Assembly: GCA_963701295.1 (NCBI GenBank)
Contig: OY969585.1
Span: 704,001-768,000, forward strand
Length of the DNA: 64,000 nucleotides
DNA from: Ignavibacteriota bacterium
GTDB lineage: Bacteria; Bacteroidota; Ignavibacteria; UBA10030
Direction: 5' to 3'
In this document: in pieces, positions 41,249-52,100 of the stretch
How the letters are laid out: the number at the start of each line of letters is the position of its first letter
Numbering within the stretch: position 1 is the first letter of the stretch
Notes under the pieces: model-generated
Databases searched by the model: none
Seen by the model: only the letters and a program-made list of their open reading frames with translations
What the model was told of the DNA's origin: nothing
Program-made: the position numbers and the translations under genes

Positions 41249-42376
41249 TTATTGGTTTTCAACACTCAGATCGAGTTTCACATCTTGCTGAGTGGAGAGC
41301 TCTTTCAGCAACACTTGCAGGTCGCTTTCTGAAAGCATAGTACCATTCAATGTAATGTTCCCATAGGGGGACCACGGTATCCATTTCGTTGGTTCTGCTC
41401 GAAGTGTGGAATAGGTTGCTGATGTGTTCCCTGAAACAGAATTTAAAAAGTAATCGAGGATGTTTCCGAGATTATCATTTGTGATCCGAAAAACGACCGG
41501 TTGACTTATGCTTTTCAATGGACCATGAGAAGATGAGACGTTTGCTTCTACTTGAAGAACGTATGCTTTGTCTTGTTGAAGCAGACGTTTAGCATTTGCT
41601 GGATATGTAAGTGTATTTGTTCCAATAACATTTTCTTCTAGACATGGATTACCTCCAGTGAGCACATCTTGAGGCGAGTGATGATTCAATCCTGCTTCAT
41701 AGACACGAACGGTGACATTGGGTTCTGTAGATGTCCAACTGAATGTCGGCGCTAAATTATTGGAGTAACTTCCATTCATGGGGTCATTGATTTCTACAAA
41801 AACTTCATCCACAGATGAATATGGAATGACAATAGTTTTCGAATCTGCTCCATAGACAGCATTCGGATTTGCAACACCCTCCATCACTTTCACTGTGATG
41901 TAATAGGTTCCTGGAGGTGCCGTACCAGTGGTTTGTGCAAAATCTGTTATCCTTTTCTTGAGATCCGAATTCTCGATTGAGTTCCCGGAAAGTGGATAGA
42001 GTACAGCACTTCCAGGTATTACAAAGTCAAGTGCAGTAAGCGTACGCCTTCCGGTAAAGTCGAAGGGGTTTGAAAGTCCTTCTAACAATTGCCCTGGATG
42101 AGCATCACCCCGCAGCTGAACGAGCACTTTCATATAGATGCGGATTTGTAGGTGCGGAATTTGTTGCGCTCCAACAAGATCCACAGAAAATCCAGAGACG
42201 GCAGAATTCAACTTCTGTGTCTTCGCATTAATAAGATCGGTAAGATAAAGAATATCATACTCATTGATGTTGATTGTAGTAGTTATTGTGTTCTGAGCAT
42301 CTGCTCGCGCGAACCACGGTCCTAAGGCGAGCACAGTGAATATGAACACAAGTAATTTCATACGGATGCTTTTCAT
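41249..42376 (-). CDS. Secreted hypothetical beta-sandwich protein
   Basis: Signal peptide ending ADA; PPGTYYITV and PTFSW motifs; first gene of the FecR-OMP-cyclase run. Confidence 0.75.
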   Translation of the reverse strand: MKSIRMKLLVFIFTVLALGPWFARADAQNTITTTININEYDILYLTDLINAKTQKLNSAVSGFSVDLVGAQQIPHLQIRIYMKVLVQLRGDAHPGQLLEGLSNPFDFTGRRTLTALDFVIPGSAVLYPLSGNSIENSDLKKRITDFAQTTGTAPPGTYYITVKVMEGVANPNAVYGADSKTIVIPYSSVDEVFVEINDPMNGSYSNNLAPTFSWTSTEPNVTVRVYEAGLNHHSPQDVLTGGNPCLEENVIGTNTLTYPANAKRLLQQDKAYVLQVEANVSSSHGPLKSISQPVVFRITNDNLGNILDYFLNSVSGNTSATYSTLRAEPTKWIPWSPYGNITLNGTMLSESDLQVLLKELSTQQDVKLDLSVENQ

Positions 42377-42467
42377 AGCCTAGAACTCCTTTGGATTATT
42401 GATTTGCCAACTTCATATTAATCGATGAAGCGATAATTCATGTTGACAACTATCACAGCGAGGTGTC

Positions 42468-43826
42468 TTAAAAATTTATGACGTCATTATACAGAACGAA
42501 CGCCATAAACACAAGCAATAATATAAATCCCGCTTGCTGAATAACAATTTTCACTTTACTTGGCACTTCACGTCGGAATACAGCTTCATACGCCAAAAAC
42601 ATAAGATGCCCGCCATCAAGCGCGGGAAATGGAAGAATATTAATCAAGGCAAGGCTAATACTTAACAAACCGATGAATCCAAAAAATTCTATCAATCCGA
42701 TGTCTGCTGATCTCTTTGCCATTTGGGCAATTTTTACTGGTCCACCCATCGATTTAAGCGAAGCCTTCCCAACAATTAATTGGTACATATTGGAAAGAAA
42801 GAGAACACTCGTAAATTGAAGTTCTTGGACACCAGCCGGAAGCGCTTCGAAAAAACCATATTGTCGTCGTTTGAACGGCCCTTGATAAACACTTGCGATT
42901 TGAATACCAATTCTGCCCTCCGAATTCGGAGTCACTTTTGCAGTCATCTTCTGTTCACCGCGCGCCCAAGTGAGGAGAATTTCCTTGCCTTTATTTAAGT
43001 GAATGAGTTCAGGAAGCATTCCGGCGCTGACTGGAATTCCATTGACCGCGATAACCGTATCTCCCGGCTGAAGGTCTATCTTTCCTGCAGGTTTTTCCTT
43101 ATCAACATCGACGATAAGTGGAACTTCACCAATCGGATTTATTCCGAATCGCTCTTCGGTAAGATCAGAAATGTCCGTACGGTGAATCGTAACAGTAATG
43201 GCTGCACCTAAACGCTTCAGGTGGAAGGTAAGGTCATGCGTCACTGATTCTGTATAGATGGAGCTCTCAATTTCATCCCATTGTTGAATCGGATGATCAT
43301 TAATTGAGAGAATCTCGTCACCAACATGCAGACCTGATTTCGCAGCGACACTATTTGGTGTTATGTAGCCAATCTCCGTTACCGGACGAATCGTCTTGCC
43401 CTGGTAATAAATAATTCCCCAGAAGATTAAGACAGCGAGAAGAAGATTCATAATTACACCAGCGGAAATAACGATCATGCGCTGCCATATTGGTTTTGAT
43501 CGGAATTCCCATGGCTGTGGTTCTTTATTTAAGAATTCCGTGTCCATGCTTTCGTCGATCATACCCGCAATTTTTACATAGCCGCCAATAGGAAACAGAG
43601 CAACGCGGTAGTCGGTATTCCCTTGCAGATCGAAATCATTTTTCAATGAACCGAATGTAAATTTACTGATCTTGTTCCAACCAAAAACGCGATTGCCCAT
43701 TCCGAACGCAAATACTTCGGCACGCATTCCGCATGCAATCGCCGCAAGAAAATGTCCAAACTCATGTACCAGTACCAGAATGCCGATGGTAATAATAAAA
43801 TAGAATAGTGTGCTTAGTATGGTCAT
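42468..43826 (-). CDS. rseP: RIP metalloprotease RseP
   Basis: HEFGH, GGYVKI.GM, two PDZ domains, NILPFPALDGGH; adjacent to dxr. Confidence 0.97.
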   Translation of the reverse strand: MTILSTLFYFIITIGILVLVHEFGHFLAAIACGMRAEVFAFGMGNRVFGWNKISKFTFGSLKNDFDLQGNTDYRVALFPIGGYVKIAGMIDESMDTEFLNKEPQPWEFRSKPIWQRMIVISAGVIMNLLLAVLIFWGIIYYQGKTIRPVTEIGYITPNSVAAKSGLHVGDEILSINDHPIQQWDEIESSIYTESVTHDLTFHLKRLGAAITVTIHRTDISDLTEERFGINPIGEVPLIVDVDKEKPAGKIDLQPGDTVIAVNGIPVSAGMLPELIHLNKGKEILLTWARGEQKMTAKVTPNSEGRIGIQIASVYQGPFKRRQYGFFEALPAGVQELQFTSVLFLSNMYQLIVGKASLKSMGGPVKIAQMAKRSADIGLIEFFGFIGLLSISLALINILPFPALDGGHLMFLAYEAVFRREVPSKVKIVIQQAGFILLLVFMAFVLYNDVINF

Positions 43827-43876
43827 AGGTTTAATTCATTCTTGCTCTATTCATGTATGCTTTTTAACGCTGGAGG

Positions 43877-45031
43877 TTACAATAAAGTTCGTACGTATTC
43901 CCGTGTTTTATGGTCGCTGTGAAAAATATGCTCTAAATCAGGTGAGAGATGGTTGGTCTGTTTGGTGAGCGCCTGTTCGATAAGCTCAGGAATTCGATGA
44001 AATGAGATTTTTCTCTCTAAGAATGCCTGCACTGCTACTTCGTTTGCCGCGTTCATAATAGTGGGAGCAGTTCCACCTAAAGCAATCGCATCATATGCCA
44101 ATTGCAGGCAGCGAAATTTTCCCCGATCCGGAGTCAAAAATGTCAACAAGTGAAGTTTAGGAAAGTCTACTCTGCCTCCACCGAGTTGAACACGATCGGG
44201 ATAGGTGAGGGCATACTGAATCGGAATTTTCATATCCGGCAAGCCAAGCTGTGCTTTGATCGAACCATCAATGAACTCAACCATCGAATGAATGATGGAT
44301 TGCGGATGGATCACTACATCGATGCGTTCCGTCGGCATGTCGAACAACCAGTGCGCTTCAATCACCTCCAACCCTTTGTTCATCATCGTTGCGCAGTCGA
44401 TGGTAATCTTATTGCCCATTTTCCAATTGGGGTGATTCAGAGCTTTCTCTACTGTAATCGATGCAAACTCTTCCTTCGGCATATTCAAAAATGGCCCGCC
44501 TGATGCGGTCAGAATAATTTTGGCAATGCGGCTCCATTGCTCGCCGGCAAGGCATTGTAAAATAGCGCTGTGTTCGCTATCGATAGGGAGAAGTGAAACA
44601 CCATATTCCTTTGCCATGGAAGTTACTAATTGTCCCGCTATGACGAGGGTTTCTTTGTTGGCGAGCGCAATGTTTTTGCAATGTTTGATAGCTTCGATAG
44701 TCGGCTTCAATCCAGCAAATCCGACAAGGGAATTGACGACAATATCGACATCATCCCGGCGAACTATTTCCAGAAGACCTTCGCGTCCGGTCAGGACCTC
44801 AACCGAATCATCCACAATTGTTCGCAGCGCTGCGGCTTTTGCTTCATCCAACACAACGACACCGCGCGGCTTAAATTGTGCTATCTGGCTTTGGAGCAGC
44901 TCGATATTAGTGTTGGTGGAAAGATAGGTAACGCAAAATCGGTCTGAAAGATTATGGATGACCGATAGGCTGTTGCGGCCTATCGAACCGGTCGAGCCAA
45001 GAATGGCTATATTCTTTGGAGTTTGACTCAT
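43877..45031 (-). CDS. dxr: 1-deoxy-D-xylulose-5-phosphate reductoisomerase
   Basis: LGSTGSIG, LANKE, PIDSEH, HPNW.MG.KITID, NKGLE; start reassigned to MSQTPK. Confidence 0.98.
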   Translation of the reverse strand: MSQTPKNIAILGSTGSIGRNSLSVIHNLSDRFCVTYLSTNTNIELLQSQIAQFKPRGVVVLDEAKAAALRTIVDDSVEVLTGREGLLEIVRRDDVDIVVNSLVGFAGLKPTIEAIKHCKNIALANKETLVIAGQLVTSMAKEYGVSLLPIDSEHSAILQCLAGEQWSRIAKIILTASGGPFLNMPKEEFASITVEKALNHPNWKMGNKITIDCATMMNKGLEVIEAHWLFDMPTERIDVVIHPQSIIHSMVEFIDGSIKAQLGLPDMKIPIQYALTYPDRVQLGGGRVDFPKLHLLTFLTPDRGKFRCLQLAYDAIALGGTAPTIMNAANEVAVQAFLERKISFHRIPELIEQALTKQTNHLSPDLEHIFHSDHKTREYVRTLL

Positions 45032-45177
45032 CACATTTAAATTTAAGGTAATCAAAATCGGTAGGCATGTCAAGGAAGCCATTTCCATCCCTTTTATTAG
45101 GACTGTTTCGCAAATCGTTTCTCCTTTTTGTATATTGATGGAAAGATAAGGAACAAACAATAAGGAGAAGGGAAGTC

Positions 45178-47007
45178 GTGAAAGGAAAAATCGAATATAT
45201 TGTTTTCTTGTTCACGTTTGCCTTTGGATTGTTCAACGCTGCCTTTTCCCAAGATGCTGACAAAATGATGAAGCTTCGGCTTGCGCAAAACTTTGAAGAA
45301 ACAGATGAATGGGAGCACGCAGCCACACTATACGAGGAATTGTACAAATCCGAACCTACGAATTTTAATTTCCTTGATGGCCTCCGGCGGAGTTACACCC
45401 AACTGAAAGAGTACGATAAAGCAATTGGCATAATTCGCCGGTGGTTCATCACCCATCCGCGCGATATCAACCTTATGACAACGCTTGGCGGTCTTTATTA
45501 TGATTCAGGGAATGAAACAGCCGCGGATTCTGTCTGGAAGGTTGTGCTGTCCGTTGATCCCAACAACATGCAATTCTACCGTATTGTTGCTAATGAAATG
45601 ATGCAGCACCGGTTATATGAACAGTGTATTCGTACATATATTGACGCGCGAACGATGAGCAAAAGTGATATCCTCTTTGCAGACGAACTTGGAACTCTTT
45701 ATGCTGCACTGCAACAATATACTTCGGCAACTCAAGAATATCTTCGTCTCGTGAAAAAAAATCCAGACCAAATATTGTTCGTGCAATCACGGCTCAGTAC
45801 CATCGTTCTCAAACCGGAAGCTCTCCAGACAGCGTTAGAGATCATGAAGGCAGAAGTGAAAATCTCGCCAGATAATATTGCGCTCCATCGTTTGTATGTC
45901 TGGCTGTTGATGGAAGAACGGCAGTATGATTCTGCTCTTGAACACTATCGAATTATCGACCGACTTGCCAACGCCAACGGCAGCGAATTATTCAACTTTG
46001 CACAACAGCTGAGTCAGGAACATGCTTCGCTAGCCGCGGCAGAGGCATTCAAGGAAATTATCAGCCATTTCGAGAAAAGCAGGTTACTTCCCTATGCACG
46101 CTTTGGGTATGCCCACGCTCTTGAAGAATTAAGCGATGAAGCCGACACTCTTGCGCCAGAATCGCAGCGAACATACAGGGATGCAATTCAAATATATGAA
46201 TCCATTATCGCTGACCGGGGTCATTCCGACCTTGCCGTACGGTCATTATTTCGCATCGGTGTTATAAAATTCGAAAAACTCTTTGATCTCGACGGCGCAT
46301 TGAGAGCTTTTAACAAGATCAAAGAATATCCCAATACAATGAACATTCTGTACGATGCTGCGATCAAAAATGGCGAGGTACAGATTGCGCGCAACGATCT
46401 TGTCGCAGCGCGTAAGGAATTCGAGAGAACCACAGAGATCCCGCTCGTCATCTATCAAGATCAGGCTGTATTCAAATTGGCTGAACTAAATTACTTTGAA
46501 GCACAATTCGACACATCACTTTCACTGTTGAAGCGATTCGACACAAACCTCAATACCGATTTTACAAACGATGCATTACAACTCCAATATTTTATTCAGG
46601 AAAATAAAACTTCCTCTTTGCCGGCATTGATAGAATTTGCAAAAGCCGATTTACAGATGCGCCAAAGGAAATATCCTGAATCTCTCAATCACTTCCGGGA
46701 TATCGTTAAGCAGTACCCAACTGCATTGCTCGTAGACGACGCAATGATGAAAATTGGTGAGCTTCATCTAGGATTGAAACAGACGAATGAAGCGATTGCG
46801 GTATTTCGTTTTATTGTTGACTCGATTCAGTTAAGTATTCTCAAAGACAAAGCTCAATTCCGCATTGCAGAAATAACCGAAAACGTTCTGCACAATAAAG
46901 CCCAGGCAATAACAACCTATGAAAAACTATTGGAACAATTTCCAAATTCACTCTACGCAGAGCAAGCGAGGAAGAGAATACGGTTGCTGAGGGGAGATGG
47001 TGTATAG
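45178..47007 (+). CDS. Secreted TPR-repeat protein
   Basis: Signal peptide, tandem helical repeats, C-terminal YE.LL..FPNSLYA..AR. Confidence 0.85.
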   Translation: MKGKIEYIVFLFTFAFGLFNAAFSQDADKMMKLRLAQNFEETDEWEHAATLYEELYKSEPTNFNFLDGLRRSYTQLKEYDKAIGIIRRWFITHPRDINLMTTLGGLYYDSGNETAADSVWKVVLSVDPNNMQFYRIVANEMMQHRLYEQCIRTYIDARTMSKSDILFADELGTLYAALQQYTSATQEYLRLVKKNPDQILFVQSRLSTIVLKPEALQTALEIMKAEVKISPDNIALHRLYVWLLMEERQYDSALEHYRIIDRLANANGSELFNFAQQLSQEHASLAAAEAFKEIISHFEKSRLLPYARFGYAHALEELSDEADTLAPESQRTYRDAIQIYESIIADRGHSDLAVRSLFRIGVIKFEKLFDLDGALRAFNKIKEYPNTMNILYDAAIKNGEVQIARNDLVAARKEFERTTEIPLVIYQDQAVFKLAELNYFEAQFDTSLSLLKRFDTNLNTDFTNDALQLQYFIQENKTSSLPALIEFAKADLQMRQRKYPESLNHFRDIVKQYPTALLVDDAMMKIGELHLGLKQTNEAIAVFRFIVDSIQLSILKDKAQFRIAEITENVLHNKAQAITTYEKLLEQFPNSLYAEQARKRIRLLRGDGV

Positions 47008-47107
47008 TGTATAGAGAGTTGAATTGCTATTGAAGAAATGTCACCAGAAAAAGCGACGGAATTCATTGATGGTATAAGATTTTTCTATTCATTCAAATAT
47101 TTTATAA

Positions 47108-47131
47108 GATCCCCGCTTTCACAAGAATGAC
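47108..47131. repeat. Degenerate REP-like element
   Basis: GATCCCCGCTTTCACAAGAATGAC matches GATTCCCGCTTTCGCGGGAATGAC at 20/24 positions; lies between convergent genes. Confidence 0.35.
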
Positions 47132-47261
47132 CTTTCTCTTTCTGCTCAGTTATATCGACATCTTTTTCCCATAATCCCAGAACAAAAACACAAAAGACTT
47201 AAAGTAATCCGAGCCTTTTGGTACAGTATATCCTTTTAGAGAGACGTTCCATTGAACGGCT

Positions 47262-49097
47262 TTACATTGGTATTGAGTGAACGAGTGCCTTTTCCTTCTT
47301 CTTTGCTTCTCCGTTCGTTTTCCATACAAATATTCCACGCTTCGTATATGTTGTATGGAGAAGGTGATGTGACAATTCGCCTAACGGCTCTTTCAAAAAA
47401 TCTTTGTACAATGCAACGATTTGTGGATTCTCATGCGACTTGCGAATTTGCTTATTGACATCCTCGTTGTAAATCGATTCGGCTCTCTTTTTCCTGATCT
47501 CCCACGTTGTGGGAATCGGCTGACCGCCGCCGCCGAGACATCCGCCCGGACATGTCATCACTTCGACAAAGGCATACGGCGATTCTCCTTTTTCCACTTG
47601 CTCTAATATTCGCCTTGCATTTTTTAACGTGTGTGCGACCGCAACTTTTACTTTCGTGCCGTTCATATCTACTTCTGCTTCCTTAATTCCATCCATGCCG
47701 CGGACTGTTGTAAAGTTGATGTCTGTGAGTTTTTTTTCTGTGACTACCTCATATGCCGTTCGGAGTGCTGCTTCCATAACACCGCCGGTTGCACCGAAGA
47801 TGACCGCAGCTCCTGTCGATTCGCCCAAAGGATGATCAAATTCCTCCGCCGGAAGATCGGAGAACCGAATTCCAGATTCTTTGAACATCCGGGCAAGCTC
47901 TCTCGTTGTCAACACATAATCGACATCATAGAACGCATCGTCGTTCACCATTGCTTTTTTTTCTTTCCAGTATTCGAAGGCGCTCATCATCTCAGGGCGT
48001 TTCGCTTCATATTTCTTCGCTGTACATGGCATGATCGAAACGACAATAATTTTTCTTGGGTCAATTCCCATCTTTGCAGCATAGTACGTTTTCGCGATCA
48101 CACCGAACATTTGCTGAGGCGATTTGCAGGTGGAAAGATGTGCGAGTGAATTGGGAAAGAAATGTTCTGCAAATTTGATCCACCCAGGCGAACATGAGGT
48201 AATCATTGGCAAAACACCCTTATTGGTAATTCGTTTAATGAGTTCATGCCCCTCTTCCATAATTGTTAAATCGGCAGTGAACTGTGTATCAAAGACCTTG
48301 CTAAAACCGAGTCTCCGCAGACCGGCAACCATCTGCCCTGTCACAAGAGCGCCGGAATCCATCCCCATCGCCTCACCGATGCCGACACGAATTGCAGGAG
48401 CGGTTTGCACAATCACTACTTTATCCGGATTAATAATTTCTTCAAAAACAGCGTCGGTATCATCACGTTCAACGATTGCTCCGGTAGGACATACTAACGC
48501 GCATTGTCCGCAATTGATACAGGCAACATTGCCGAGTCCTTTTTCCATATATGTTGAGATTTTAGTCTTGATCCCTCGTTTAGAAAGACCAATAGCGCTC
48601 ACCGTCTGCACCTCGGCACATACAGCGATACATCTTCCACAGAGAATGCACTTATTTGGATCGCGGATAATGGAGGGTGAAGTTTCATCCAACGATTCTT
48701 CCTTCTTGGTACGGACAAATTGTTCTTCCTTCACACCCAGATCGGCAGAAATCGTTTGGAGCTCGCAATTCTGATTGCGTAAACACGACAGGCAATCTTT
48801 CGGATGATTGGCAAGCAATAATTCGATGTTTGTTTTTCTCGCATCACGAACACGCGGTGTGTGTGTTGCAATTTCCATTCCTTCGTTCACACAAGTTGAA
48901 CAAGACCGCACCAATGATCGTGCCCCTTTAACTTCAACCACACAAACACCGCACGAAGCATTGCGAGCAACATCTTCGAGATAGCACAGCGTCGGGATTC
49001 TCATCCCTGCACGTTTGCATGCATCCAGAATTGTCATGCCTCGAGGAACTTGATGTTCGTTTCCGTTAATTTTAATATTGACTATTTTCTTTTCCAT
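47262..49097 (-). CDS. hydA: [FeFe] hydrogenase group A catalytic subunit
   Basis: N-terminal 2Fe-2S, H..C..C.....C and 2x4Fe-4S clusters; H-cluster motifs TSCSPGW, MPCTAKKYE, EVMTCPGGCLGGGGQP. Confidence 0.96.
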   Translation of the reverse strand: MEKKIVNIKINGNEHQVPRGMTILDACKRAGMRIPTLCYLEDVARNASCGVCVVEVKGARSLVRSCSTCVNEGMEIATHTPRVRDARKTNIELLLANHPKDCLSCLRNQNCELQTISADLGVKEEQFVRTKKEESLDETSPSIIRDPNKCILCGRCIAVCAEVQTVSAIGLSKRGIKTKISTYMEKGLGNVACINCGQCALVCPTGAIVERDDTDAVFEEIINPDKVVIVQTAPAIRVGIGEAMGMDSGALVTGQMVAGLRRLGFSKVFDTQFTADLTIMEEGHELIKRITNKGVLPMITSCSPGWIKFAEHFFPNSLAHLSTCKSPQQMFGVIAKTYYAAKMGIDPRKIIVVSIMPCTAKKYEAKRPEMMSAFEYWKEKKAMVNDDAFYDVDYVLTTRELARMFKESGIRFSDLPAEEFDHPLGESTGAAVIFGATGGVMEAALRTAYEVVTEKKLTDINFTTVRGMDGIKEAEVDMNGTKVKVAVAHTLKNARRILEQVEKGESPYAFVEVMTCPGGCLGGGGQPIPTTWEIRKKRAESIYNEDVNKQIRKSHENPQIVALYKDFLKEPLGELSHHLLHTTYTKRGIFVWKTNGEAKKKEKALVHSIPM

Positions 49098-49114
49098 AGA
49101 ATATTTTTTCTCTC

Positions 49115-52100
49115 TTAATCCTGATCTTGGCATTTGACATCACATCGCAAGCAGCGAGTAGCTTCTTGGAGTGCTTCTTCTCCGCTGTACCCGGAAAGAA
49201 CTTCCTGAAAGTTTGAAACTCTTTCTTTTACAGCAAGCATTTTCGGTTTCACCATTTTCCCGCCTTCTGGTTCCGGCATTACTTCATCTTTATATTTGAA
49301 GTCCCTGAACAATCGATGGAACCGTTTCTCCTTCATCAGATCGAAGTCAATCGCTTCAGAGGCATGGCGGGCAATTCCCATCGCTTCGGAAACTGTTGCT
49401 GGTCCTGTCACTGCATCACCGCCAGCATAGATTTTCGGCAGGTTGGTTCGATAACTCGGTTGATGCACTTTTACTGCGCCATTCTTTCGAAGTTCCAGAC
49501 CGATTTCTTTTGCCGATTCAAAGTCCACTTTTTCACCAACTGCAAGAATAACCGCGCTGCATTCAATAATTGCCGTTTCGCCTGTCTCAACAGGCCTCTT
49601 TCTTCCTGAGCTGTCGAAACCGTCGAACTTCATTTTATGAATTTCAAGCCCTGTCACTTTTCCTTTCAAGTCACCAATGATTCGGTGCGGCGCCGACATA
49701 AACATAAATCGAATGGTTTCATCGATGGCGTCTTTAATCTCATGTTCATTAGCCGGCATTTCATCTCTATCACGACGATAGACGACCGTTACATCGGCTC
49801 CCAATCGAAGACACGAACGTGCGGCATCGATCGCCACATTGCCCGCACCAACCACGACGACATTCTTGCCAAGATGGAGCTTTTTTCCGCTGGCAAATTC
49901 TTCAAGGAATTCGTAACCCTGAATGACTCCGTTAAGATGTCTGCCTGGGATGTCAAGTTCAATATCTTTCTGAGCACCGACGGCAAGGAAGATTGCATCG
50001 CTTTGTTTTTGCAGATTCTTGAAAGACAACTCTTTGCCAACACGCGTATTGAAGACAAACTTGACACCCAGTTTCTTGAAAAGATCGAGCTCTTTGTTCA
50101 GACTGTCTTTTGGCAACCGATATGCAGGAATGCCATATTGCAGAATTCCTCCTGCTTTCGCATGGCTGTCATAGACTGTAACATTGTGACCAAGACGAAC
50201 GAGAAAATATGCCGCCGTCAATCCAGCTGGTCCCGCACCCACGATGGCAATTTTCTTTCCGGTTGGTGAAAGTCTTTCTTTGATCAATCGTTGATAGATC
50301 GCTTTTTCTTTGCCCATCTTGTACATCGTGTCGGCAAGATAACGATGAATCTCTCCCTGCGAAACGGGATCGTCGATTGTATCCCTGCGGCATCGCATCA
50401 TACAGTGAAAGTAACAAATTCTTCCGACGGTTCCCGGAAGTGGATTGTCACGCAAGGTCAACTCGAATGCTTCTTCAATTCTTCCTTCCTTGAGAAGCTG
50501 CAAATAGCCGGGGATGTTCATATGGAGCGGGCAGCTGTTTTCGCATAGAGCCATAAATAAACTTTCGCACACACCAGCCTTGCATCGTTTTTGGATGATG
50601 TGCTTCTCGTACTCATCACGAAAATACCGCAGCGTGGATAGTACAGGATTCGAACTCGTTTGTCCCAATCCACAGAGTGAAGAATCACGAATCACGTACG
50701 CTAATCGTTCAAGCGTATCGAGATCTTTCATGGTTGCGTCACCGTGTGTAATTTTATTGAGAATAGCGAGCGCCTGCGCAAGTCCTTCACGGCATGGTGT
50801 GCATTTGCCGCATGATTCAGCATATGTCACTTCAACGAAGTACCGTGCAACATCCACCATACAATTATCCTGATCCATCACAACCATTCCACCGGAACCC
50901 ATAATCGTTCCAAGTTTTGTGAGGGACTCATAATCGACCGGGGTATTAAAATGTTCAACGGGTATGCACCCTCCCGAGGGGCCTCCCGTTTGTACAGCGC
51001 GGATCTTTTTCTTGTTACCTGTGCCTTCACCCATCTGATAGATAATATTTTCCAGCGGTGTGCCAAGCGGTAATTCCACTAGTCCGGTATTTTTAATTTT
51101 ACCAACAAGTGAAAAAACTTTTGTACCGGTACTGGTCGGCGTTCCGAATTTAGCAAATTCATTACCACCGATCATAACAATGACAGGAACATTGATCCAT
51201 GTTTCCACGTTATTGATATTTGTGGGCTTTCCCCACAATCCTTTTTGTGCTGGATACGGAGGACGAGGTAAGGGACGGCCTGCTCTTCCTTCAATCGATG
51301 CAATAAGTGCGGTTTCTTCGCCGCACACGAAAGCGCCAGCTCCTTCAACATAACAAAGATCAAAACTAAACGATGAGCCGAAAATATTTTTCCCGAGAAT
51401 GCCGTATTCTCTAGCAGCGGCAACAGCTTTCTTGAATCGCTCGACGGCAAGCGGGTACTCGGCTCTCACATACATCACGCCTTCAGATGCACCCATCACA
51501 TATGCACCGATCATCATTCCTTCGATGAGTGCGTGAGGATCGCTTTCGATCTCATTCCGGTTCATATATGCCCCCGGGTCGCCTTCATCTGCATTGCAGA
51601 TGATGTATTTTTGGTCGGCATCAACTTTTTTCATCATCTCCCACTTGATCGCTGTGGGGAACCCAGCTCCTCCTCGTCCGCGAAGTTTTGAATTCTTGAT
51701 CTCCTCGAGAACATTGTCTTTCGAAAGATGAGTGAGCGCCTTCATGAGTGCACTATAACCGCCAATACCGATATATTCTTCAATATCTTCTGGATTGATA
51801 AGACCAGAATCGCGGAGAACAATTTTCTTTTGTCCTTTGAAGAAAGGGATTGCCTTCCATAATGGCACAGTGCTTAATCCTGTGCCGAATTCAACCTTGG
51901 AAGTAAAGAAATCCCATTGCTCTATCCTGCACAGTGCTTTTTTTTGCGGTATCATTCCTCTGGATAAACCATAGACAATATTCTCGGCATCCTTTGGTTT
52001 CACTTTATGCAAGATGACCAGCGGCTGCCCTGGTATATAACAATTGACCAGAGTTTCTTCGGCACAAAAACCAAAACATCCTGTTATAGAGAGTTCGATC

